From assembly GCA_965195285.1 (NCBI GenBank), contig CBDAFS010000003.1:8257-72256 (forward strand): a stretch of DNA of 64,000 nucleotides. The letters run 5' to 3'. Under the pieces are notes generated by a model. That model made no database searches. It was given only the letters and a program-made list of their open reading frames with translations, and had not been told where the DNA came from. The DNA is from an uncultured Aminicenantes bacterium (GTDB taxonomy: Bacteria > Acidobacteriota > Aminicenantia > UBA2199). Numbering within the stretch: position 1 is the stretch's first letter; every line of letters begins with the position of its first letter. The translations under genes and the position numbers were made by a program. Below are positions 56,296 through 64,000 of this stretch, piece by piece.

Positions 56296-57561
56296 TCAGT
56301 GCTGGTGCCCGGCATGAGGACCATCCAAATTTCCTCTTTTCAACTCATACTCAGCTTTTAAATAAAAAGAACCGTGGACCACAATCTTTACATTCTCCCG
56401 GATCCCCTCTGTAAATACAAACCCTGAAGAATCCATATCAATAATTTCAATGGGCTTGAATACAAAACCATCTCCATCTTTAATAAATATTCCCTTTACC
56501 CCCGATATGTTCACCACCGCTTGGACCGGAAAGGCTAAAAACTGTCCACTGTGTTTTTTCTCAATATATCCCTTCACATACATATTGGGTCGCAACATTT
56601 CTTTTTGGTTATCAACCTCAATTCGAACCTTTATGGTTCGCAGTTCGGGATCCAGAGACACCCGGATATTGGTAATTTCACCGTGAAATTTTTCATCCGG
56701 AAACACATCGGTATGAATTTCAACTCTATTCCCCTTGGTAATATACTGTAGATCTTTTTCGAGTGCATCCAGAATCACCCAGATCCGTCTGGTATTGGAA
56801 AGCGTAAAAATGGTCCGGTTATAACCGATCATCGCACCGAGATCCAGACTTCTTTCCATCACAATACCTTCGCCTGGTGAGGGAATCCGATAATATGGAG
56901 ACAGATATGCTTTCATTGCTTCGATGTCATCGGTCTCTATAGCCCTCCGGATTTGATTCAAATCAATGCTGTCCAGGCAGATGGAATCGATTTTAGCTTC
57001 CAGCGCTAAAAATTCGGCATTGGCCGCTTTGTAGACTGTTTCCCGATTTATCAGGGATTTCTCTTCAATGGCCTTGATTTCGAAAAGATTCTTGGCCCGC
57101 TCATAATCAGCCTTTGAGCGCCGCAATTCCCCATAGGCCTTAACAACATTTTTCTTTAATTCCAATAATTCCGGGGAATTGATCACACAGAGGGTATCTC
57201 CTCGACGAACCCAATCACCAATATCCTTTCTGATATCCATGACAATACCGGAAACCAGTGAATGGATCAAAAATGTGGAGTGGCGATTCACTGTGACTAT
57301 TCCATTTAATTCGATTTTTTCAATCCGATACCGGAGCTTAGGCTGAGAGACCCTTATTCCCCATTTGTCAATTATTTTATCACTGATATGAAGATGAAGA
57401 TGCTCAGTCTGGCCATTCTGATCGGGATCAAGATGTTTATCTTCATTCTCATGGATTTGCGTTTGTTCAGTATGGTCATGATCATCATGATCATGATTGT
57501 GTTTCTCCCCACAACCTATAACATAAATAATGAAAACCAATATGACTATGATTTTTTTCAT
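56296..57561 (-). CDS. RND efflux periplasmic adaptor (CzcB-like)
   Basis: Lipobox, His-rich N- and C-termini, LDPELRTIKVRIEVDN..LRPNMY. Confidence 0.9.
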   Translation of the reverse strand: MKKIIVILVFIIYVIGCGEKHNHDHDDHDHTEQTQIHENEDKHLDPDQNGQTEHLHLHISDKIIDKWGIRVSQPKLRYRIEKIELNGIVTVNRHSTFLIHSLVSGIVMDIRKDIGDWVRRGDTLCVINSPELLELKKNVVKAYGELRRSKADYERAKNLFEIKAIEEKSLINRETVYKAANAEFLALEAKIDSICLDSIDLNQIRRAIETDDIEAMKAYLSPYYRIPSPGEGIVMERSLDLGAMIGYNRTIFTLSNTRRIWVILDALEKDLQYITKGNRVEIHTDVFPDEKFHGEITNIRVSLDPELRTIKVRIEVDNQKEMLRPNMYVKGYIEKKHSGQFLAFPVQAVVNISGVKGIFIKDGDGFVFKPIEIIDMDSSGFVFTEGIRENVKIVVHGSFYLKAEYELKRGNLDGPHAGHQH

Positions 57562-58775
57562 AACTCCACTCCTAATAATTCTTCTAATTCACTCTTTAAA
57601 ATTTTCCATTCGGTAATGACTTCAAAGTACCGCTTCTTTATCTCAAAATAACTGTTTTGAGAATCCAAAAAAACCATTAAAGGAACTTCTCCGGCCAGAT
57701 ACAATTTTTTGGAAAGGTCAAGGTTCTCTTTTCCTTCAATCAGGATGGCCCCCTTGAAAGTGTCGATTTCTTTTTCCAGAATCCGTATTTCAGTTATCAT
57801 CCGGTTAATATCGGCGCCGAGATGCTGCCGCAAATATTCCAATTCCAAGCGGACTTTTTCTCTTTCCAGTTTGGCTTTTTTGATTGAAAAGTGTTTGGTA
57901 CCAAAAACCGGAACTTTAATTCCAACCCCAAATTTCCAGACATTGGCATCCACCTCCCTGGCTTTTGAGGCAAAAAGTTCAAGACTTTCGATTAATGAAA
58001 ACTGACTGGATTTTATCTGAAAATTTTTCTGCTCCAGATCCAACCTTTTAAATCCGATAAGGGGATTATTATTCCTGACCCGATCGATCTTTGATTCAAT
58101 ATCGGGAAGCGGTGAAAAGTTGAAATCATTGGCAAACTTCGAATCTACAGACAGTGAGTTGTTTAAAAATTCGTTCAGCCTGGTTTTTTCATAAGAGAAT
58201 CTTTTCCGGTTTTTGAATCGGTTTGTTGTATTCTTCTGTAATTCAACCGATGATCTGAGATAGTCAATACCCCTGGCTTCCCCTATACTCACCTTTAGCT
58301 TGGTTATTCGGGTTATTTCGGTCAAGACTTTTTGCTTTTCCCCAAGTAATGAATGCAGGCTCTTAAAATACTGATAGCGGTAAAAATGGGTTTTGAATTC
58401 CCGAACAATGGACAGGTTATGAATTTCAGTCATCAGCCGGGTTTTGGATATCGACTGTTTTTCCGCTTTCAGGTAATAATGGCGAAACACAGGATTCGGG
58501 ACCTCGAGTTTAAACTCGATTCCCCAGATCAACCGGGAATCAGCGGATTCCAAGGTTTCTCCCTGCCCCCTTGACAATTCCAATTGCGGATCAGGGAACG
58601 AGCGATTGATATTATAGAATTGTATTGCCAGGCTGTTTTCGATTTCATGAATCTTAAGTAAAAGGTTTTGTTCTTTTAACATATCAATCAGATTTTCCAA
58701 ACGGTAGGTTTTTTCAGCACCCAAGGTCACGGTCAACCCGATAATGGTGAATAGAAAAATCAAGGTATTTTTCAT
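57558..58775 (-). CDS. TolC/CzcC family outer membrane protein
   Basis: GGAGGAG RBS before ATG 58775; signal peptide; YLAGE..LMVFLDSQ. Confidence 0.85.
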   Translation of the reverse strand: MKNTLIFLFTIIGLTVTLGAEKTYRLENLIDMLKEQNLLLKIHEIENSLAIQFYNINRSFPDPQLELSRGQGETLESADSRLIWGIEFKLEVPNPVFRHYYLKAEKQSISKTRLMTEIHNLSIVREFKTHFYRYQYFKSLHSLLGEKQKVLTEITRITKLKVSIGEARGIDYLRSSVELQKNTTNRFKNRKRFSYEKTRLNEFLNNSLSVDSKFANDFNFSPLPDIESKIDRVRNNNPLIGFKRLDLEQKNFQIKSSQFSLIESLELFASKAREVDANVWKFGVGIKVPVFGTKHFSIKKAKLEREKVRLELEYLRQHLGADINRMITEIRILEKEIDTFKGAILIEGKENLDLSKKLYLAGEVPLMVFLDSQNSYFEIKKRYFEVITEWKILKSELEELLGVEL

Positions 58776-58848
58776 ATCTCCTCCTTCATACCCTAAAAAT
58801 CTCAAGAAAATATCAGAGTGGAATGATTTTAAAAAAGGAGAGGTGAAA

Positions 58849-59310
58849 TCAACAACGGAAAATATTTTTCTTGACCAAATAATCAAATGTATAAATGAAT
58901 TTATTTATGTGAAAATTTCTGAAAAATCTTTGATAACAAAACTGAAAACCGACAGGTCCGGTTTCCGCCGCTTCTACTAATTGTAAATATTCAAAAAAAA
59001 CGATCCATTCGGTCAATTCCCGAACCAGCCGGCTATTTTCCACCGGAATATCAAAACAACTGTGCTCACCGGGGAAGGATTGAACAGTAGAGCAGGATGA
59101 ATCCCTCAGAGAGAGATTCCTCTCACCGGAATGGGTATGGGTGCACTGACATTGATAATTGAACAGGGTATACTCAAGGTCTATGGTCCCATTATGTTTC
59201 AGGCACCATACTTGGGTGAGCACAACTTCCTGACCTAAAAAAAGCAAATATATAAGCAACAGACTCTTTATCAAGACATTTCGACTTCGGCCAAGATGAT
59301 TTTTCATCAT
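58849..59310 (-). CDS. Cys/His-containing exported protein upstream of czc operon (CzcI-like position)
   Basis: Signal-like N-terminus, CQCTHTH and HSC motifs; operon position. Confidence 0.5.
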   Translation of the reverse strand: MMKNHLGRSRNVLIKSLLLIYLLFLGQEVVLTQVWCLKHNGTIDLEYTLFNYQCQCTHTHSGERNLSLRDSSCSTVQSFPGEHSCFDIPVENSRLVRELTEWIVFFEYLQLVEAAETGPVGFQFCYQRFFRNFHINKFIYTFDYLVKKNIFRC

Positions 59311-59429
59311 GGAAATCTAAACACAGAAACAGTAAAAAGTCAATGCAGTGTATAGGTTGCATACATAAGAGTCTCATATGTTTCGTAACTTATTCATGCA
59401 GGGATTGGTGAGAAAAACCCCCTGCCCGA

Positions 59430-59627
59430 CTATTTGGTAGGGTTGAAACCCAGCAGGTGAATTTCCCGGTACCAGACAATGATACTGGCCAGGGCCGCAT
59501 ACAACATGACAATGGTCACGACTTTAATCAGGATTTTATACCATTTTTTATCCAGGTATTCTTCGAATAAGACCTGAAGCCCGCGCATGATGATATACCA
59601 GCCAATGGCAAAAAAAGTATAGTTCAT
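59430..59627 (-). CDS. Small two-helix membrane protein
   Basis: AGGAGG RBS; two hydrophobic segments. Confidence 0.7.
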   Translation of the reverse strand: MNYTFFAIGWYIIMRGLQVLFEEYLDKKWYKILIKVVTIVMLYAALASIIVWYREIHLLGFNPTK

Positions 59628-59684
59628 GTTATCCTCCTAAAAAAGAGAAAAGGTGATATCAATAATTTAAATTATTTATCATTT

Positions 59685-60950
59685 TTATAATGGATTCCAG
59701 CAAATCCGAAAACCAATATAGGCGGCCGGTTCAACCGGATCCTCGGTGAGACGGCAGGCGGAACGGATTCGATCGGCACTGTTCACCCAGCTTCCGCCCC
59801 GGGTAATCTTCATAACCCCGGTTTCCGGACCGGTCGGATTGTTGAGCGGTGAAGTGGAATAATAAGCGGTCATATACCAATCGGAACACCACTCACCCAC
59901 GTTTCCGGCCATATCATGGATACCATAAGGTGAAATTCCTGATGGGTAACTGCCAACCGCAGCGGTCCGGCCGAGGCAACCGGCAAAATCGGTTTTGGTA
60001 CAATCAGGGGCTTCGTTTCCCCATGGATATCTCCTCTGGTCGGTTCCCCGGGCTGCTTTTTCCCACTGCGCTTCGGTAAGCAGCTGGATTTTCTTACCGG
60101 TTTTATCAGCCAGCCAGCTGCAGAATGCCTCGGCCTCCTCCCAGCTGACATAAATCACCGGCATATTCCCCCGGCCCCATCCCCGATCATCTTTTAAACT
60201 CCTGCCGGTATCCTCACAAAACAAATCATACTGTTCAAAAGTAATTTCATATTTGGAAACCCGGTAAGCGTCAAGGTAGACCGTGTGAACCGGTAATTCA
60301 TTATCCATCCCTTCATTGAAATTATCTCCCATCAGAAACTCACCGGCAGGAACATCAATCCATTCAATGCCCAATATTTCAGTATCGTAGTCGGGGTCAC
60401 TGGTATCATCCTTCTTTTTTTTCAGCAAGATGAACAAGCTGGCAATGATCACAATGACAATGCCGGTAACCAGAACCCATGGGAATTTCTTTTTTTTCTT
60501 TTTTATTGGTTTTTCAAATACTTTTTTTTCCGCTTTGCGGGGAGCCAGGTCTTTATTTTGAATGATCCGTTGATACTCGATGAGCTCATTGAAATCAATA
60601 CCGGCTATATCCGGTATCAACTTGAGTTCCTTGACCTTTTCATAATTCTTCCGGGCCTCGGTAAAATCCCCCTCTTTTTCATAAGCAGCTGCCAGCAACA
60701 AATACACCCTGGCCAGTAAATCTGTATCTCCTGGCTTCAACTCTCCTTTTAACCGACCGATTCGATGGATTCGCTCCAGCTTATCAATGGCCTGATCATA
60801 GAGTCCAGCCATATAATCCTGTTTTGCCTGATTAAAGCGGGCCTGGTAATCTGCAGTTTCCGCATAAATGGATAAATCACCCTGCAAGAATAAGAATGCC
60901 AATAACAGGGCCAGACATTTCACCAAGGCAATCTTTTTGATATGAATCAT
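59685..60950 (-). CDS. FGE-sulfatase (SUMF1/EgtB/PvdO) domain protein with N-terminal TPR
   Basis: GEFLMG, ELPVHTV, PVIYVSWEEA, TEAQWEKAARG, DMAGNVGEW, RGGSW, IGFR. Confidence 0.88.
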   Translation of the reverse strand: MIHIKKIALVKCLALLLAFLFLQGDLSIYAETADYQARFNQAKQDYMAGLYDQAIDKLERIHRIGRLKGELKPGDTDLLARVYLLLAAAYEKEGDFTEARKNYEKVKELKLIPDIAGIDFNELIEYQRIIQNKDLAPRKAEKKVFEKPIKKKKKKFPWVLVTGIVIVIIASLFILLKKKKDDTSDPDYDTEILGIEWIDVPAGEFLMGDNFNEGMDNELPVHTVYLDAYRVSKYEITFEQYDLFCEDTGRSLKDDRGWGRGNMPVIYVSWEEAEAFCSWLADKTGKKIQLLTEAQWEKAARGTDQRRYPWGNEAPDCTKTDFAGCLGRTAAVGSYPSGISPYGIHDMAGNVGEWCSDWYMTAYYSTSPLNNPTGPETGVMKITRGGSWVNSADRIRSACRLTEDPVEPAAYIGFRICWNPL

Positions 60951-61188
60951 AAAATACCTCCATTTCTCTGAATATTAAAAAGTAAATTTAATATAGTTCT
61001 CAACACTCTATAGCATAAATGCAAAAAAATTGCCAAAAGAAAAGACCCTATATGTCCCCAATTCAGGACAATAAAAGAAGAATTGGGAAAAATAGTGCAA
61101 TTTGCCGGAATCTAAGAAAACGGATAATGCTTCCTGATATTCAACCGTTAATTCTTGCATAAATAAAAAAAAAAACCTAAAATATGGA

Positions 61189-63981
61189 TTGACCTATGGT
61201 TACCAAGAGCCATCCGGGCCAGGCAACATGAATAAGAGAGAATCAAGCCTATTGAAAACTTTACCCCGGTCATTCCGGATAGCCGTCATATACGCATTCC
61301 TCTTTGTCATTCCGCTTCAGGCAACGGGAAACACCGATTACATCATCAAAGCCTGGATGATCGAGGACGGACTTCCTCAAAACTCTGTCTTAACCTTATC
61401 CTATAGCCAAAGTGGATACCTGTGGTTTGGTACCCGGCTGGGATTGATTCGTTTTAATGGGTTGACTTTTCCGGTCTTCAATATCTGGAACACACCAGGT
61501 CTTAAAAGCAATCAGATTGTCAGCCTGTATGAAGATATAAACGGAACCCTCTGGATTGGATCCCGGGGCGGAGGCCTGACCACGCTTAAAAATGGCCTTT
61601 GGAAAAATTACCAGATCCAGGACGGCCTGGCCAGCAATCATATCAAGGCCATCATGGAACACCCATCCGGTACCATATGGTGTGGAACAACAAGGGGATT
61701 GAATTATTTCAGGGACGGCAAAATATTCAAAACCAAAATCAAAGGGGAAATGGCCAATGCCAGCATCAATGCCCTGGCTGCTGACAAAATGGGAAATCTC
61801 TGGATAGGTTCAGAATACGGACTACTGAAGAAGGCATACGATCAACCTCTCGATCAGGACAAATTGACCATGATCTTGAATGAACCGATTTCGGATTTGG
61901 CCAGCGATAAAGCCGGAAACCTGTGGGTCGGGACACAGAAGGGTGTCAGATTTTTAAAAGACGGACAGATCCTCTCTCCTTTTTCAGATCATGAATCCCT
62001 GTCCGACATTACCGTCACCTGCCTGTATCCGGACCAAAAGGGCACACTGTGGATAGGGACTTATGGTGATGGGCTCTACCGGATCCAGAACGGACATATC
62101 CGCCATTACGGCTCGGCCAGTGGCCTCAGTGATGATTTCATTCATTCCCTCATCGAAGACAATGAGCACAATATATGGATTGGAACCTTCACCGGTGGCC
62201 TGGTCAGATTGAAACCCAGGATTGTTTCAAACATCACCCGGGAAATGGGACTCCCCGCTTCCCCGGCCACTTGCGTACTTCAGGATCGAAAAGGATTTTT
62301 ATGGATTGGTACCCTACACCATGGCCTCAGTCAATTTAAAAATGAACGGCTGGTAAAAACGGTTTCCCGGGAAGACGGGCTATCAAGCAATCGGATCCTT
62401 TCCCTGTGCGAGTCCAACAACGGCGACATATGGATCGGTACCGAGCTGGGGGGATTGAATCGAATCACCGATGACCGACTATATATATACACAACAAAAC
62501 AGGGGCTGACATCCGATTCAGTCTCTGCCATTTTACAGGATCGTTCCGGAATACTATGGATCGGTACCGCCGAGGGTTTGAATGCATTTATCAATGATAA
62601 CTTCATCACCAAAGAAATGTTCCGGGGATATCATGTAAAAACTTTATTTGAAGATAGCCAGGGAGCCCTCTGGGTGGGTACCCAGAAGGGCTTATACAGG
62701 ATCAAACATGATCTGGTGCGGCACTTCCAGGCCAGTGATGGGGAATCCGGTTATGAGGTGCTTTCAATTTTCGAATCTCCGGATAAACCCGGGGTATTAT
62801 GGATCGGTACCAATGGCACCGGACTGTTGAGATTCGAAAAAGATCAGTTTACTCGGTATACTGAAAAAAACGGATTGCACAGCAATTTCGTTTTCTCCCT
62901 TACCGAAACCGGAAAGGGTCACGATCATTATTTATGGATGAGCTCCTTTACCGGAGTTTTTCGGGTTTCCTTCAAATCTTTGAACCAATTTTTTAACAAT
63001 GAAACCAATTTTATCACCTCCACTTTTTTTAATGAATCGGATGGGATGATCAGTAGCGAATGTGTCGGCGGCAGTTTCCCTTCAGTCTGGAAAAGCCAAG
63101 ACGGAAAAATCTTTTTCCCAACCACCAAAGGATTGGCTATTCTGGATCCACAAAATATTTCCGGCAAAAAATCGGAATTACCCATCGTCATTGAAGACTT
63201 TATTATCGACAACAAGTCTTATATCCACAAAAAGGCATTGAAAATCAAATCCGGTAAAAAGATGTTTGAATTCTATTTTACCGCCCTGAATTATAGTTCT
63301 CCGAGAAATATCATATTCAGATACAGGCTGGAAGGATTCGAAGACAAATGGACCACCCTGGGTTCCAATCAAAAACGCATGGCCCTGTATTTCAACCTGA
63401 GCCCAGGAAGCTATCGTTTCCGGGTAATCGCCTGCAACCATCTGGGACAGTGGAATGAAGATGGAATCACATTGCCCTTCCGAATCCGCTCCGATTTCAA
63501 AGAAGGCCTGTTGGTATATATTCCCAGAATCATCATATTGCTGATATTTATCGGCGGATTCTTACTCTGGCGGCAAAAGAGAACCCAACCGATTAAGCAA
63601 ACCAAAAAATACAAGACCTCGGCCCTTACCCCGGAACGCTCGCAGGAAATTCAACAAAAACTATCAGAGATAATGGAGAATGAGAAAATCTACCTGGATC
63701 CAGACCTGACCCTCAAAAAACTATCGGAAAAAATCATGGTTCATCCCAATCATATTTCCCAAATTGTCAATGAAATATTTAAACAGAGTTTTAATGATTA
63801 CATCAACAATTTTCGCATTACCGAAGCCAAAGAAAAATTATTGGACCCGGAGGAAAAGCAAAAAACCATTCTTGAAATTGCTTATGATGTGGGTTTTTAC
63901 TCAAAATCGGTATTCAATACCGCTTTTAAAAAATTTACCGGAATAACCCCTTCCCAGTTCAAGCAAAAGTCAAAACAATAA
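61189..63981 (+). CDS. Membrane-anchored regulator: beta-propeller (Reg_prop) + Y_Y_Y + TM + AraC HTH
   Basis: Many D..G.LWIGT..GL repeats, FRYRLEG..W, YRFRV, TM helix, IAYDVGFYSKSVFNTAFKKFTGITPSQF; start may be ATG 61228. Confidence 0.9.
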   Translation: MTYGYQEPSGPGNMNKRESSLLKTLPRSFRIAVIYAFLFVIPLQATGNTDYIIKAWMIEDGLPQNSVLTLSYSQSGYLWFGTRLGLIRFNGLTFPVFNIWNTPGLKSNQIVSLYEDINGTLWIGSRGGGLTTLKNGLWKNYQIQDGLASNHIKAIMEHPSGTIWCGTTRGLNYFRDGKIFKTKIKGEMANASINALAADKMGNLWIGSEYGLLKKAYDQPLDQDKLTMILNEPISDLASDKAGNLWVGTQKGVRFLKDGQILSPFSDHESLSDITVTCLYPDQKGTLWIGTYGDGLYRIQNGHIRHYGSASGLSDDFIHSLIEDNEHNIWIGTFTGGLVRLKPRIVSNITREMGLPASPATCVLQDRKGFLWIGTLHHGLSQFKNERLVKTVSREDGLSSNRILSLCESNNGDIWIGTELGGLNRITDDRLYIYTTKQGLTSDSVSAILQDRSGILWIGTAEGLNAFINDNFITKEMFRGYHVKTLFEDSQGALWVGTQKGLYRIKHDLVRHFQASDGESGYEVLSIFESPDKPGVLWIGTNGTGLLRFEKDQFTRYTEKNGLHSNFVFSLTETGKGHDHYLWMSSFTGVFRVSFKSLNQFFNNETNFITSTFFNESDGMISSECVGGSFPSVWKSQDGKIFFPTTKGLAILDPQNISGKKSELPIVIEDFIIDNKSYIHKKALKIKSGKKMFEFYFTALNYSSPRNIIFRYRLEGFEDKWTTLGSNQKRMALYFNLSPGSYRFRVIACNHLGQWNEDGITLPFRIRSDFKEGLLVYIPRIIILLIFIGGFLLWRQKRTQPIKQTKKYKTSALTPERSQEIQQKLSEIMENEKIYLDPDLTLKKLSEKIMVHPNHISQIVNEIFKQSFNDYINNFRITEAKEKLLDPEEKQKTILEIAYDVGFYSKSVFNTAFKKFTGITPSQFKQKSKQ

Positions 63982-64000
63982 ATACTTTGGTCCTGAATCA

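Noticed and set aside
53215-59310. Czc/Cus efflux operon as a novel system or exporter for the opine-like product
   Set aside because: Ordinary heavy-metal RND organisation, 10 kb from the islet with housekeeping genes in between

Overview
Bacterial chromosomal window; gene content and style suggest an anaerobic diderm such as Candidatus Aminicenantes/Acidobacteriota (inference only). The housekeeping backbone includes mglA-like GTPase, mltD, comM, a LolCDE-like ABC operon with TetR regulator, hflX, miaA, purF, panBCD, rsmI, split nadE, an M16 peptidase pair, a CzcCBA-type efflux system and two tRNAs. Two accessory regions stand out. (1) An ~11.1 kb element inserted in comM is bounded by a perfect 16-bp direct repeat (TACGGCAATGAATCCC, 5377-5392 and 16499-16514). 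It encodes a tyrosine integrase, two Xis-like HTH proteins, a RuvC-like nuclease, a DnaB-like helicase, a Rep-like protein followed by three 22-bp iterons, and small and large terminase subunits. No capsid, portal, tail or lysis gene is recognisable, so it looks like a capsid-less, terminase-encoding phage satellite. (2) An AT-rich three-gene operon between purF and an atypical tRNA-Ala(CGC) encodes an opine-dehydrogenase-family enzyme, a single-chain cobalamin-binding/GlmE-like putative mutase and an ATP-grasp ligase. This mutase + ligase + dehydrogenase logic parallels PylB/PylC/PylD and suggests an undescribed amino-acid-derived biosynthetic pathway. All product calls come from motif recognition by eye; no database searches were run.
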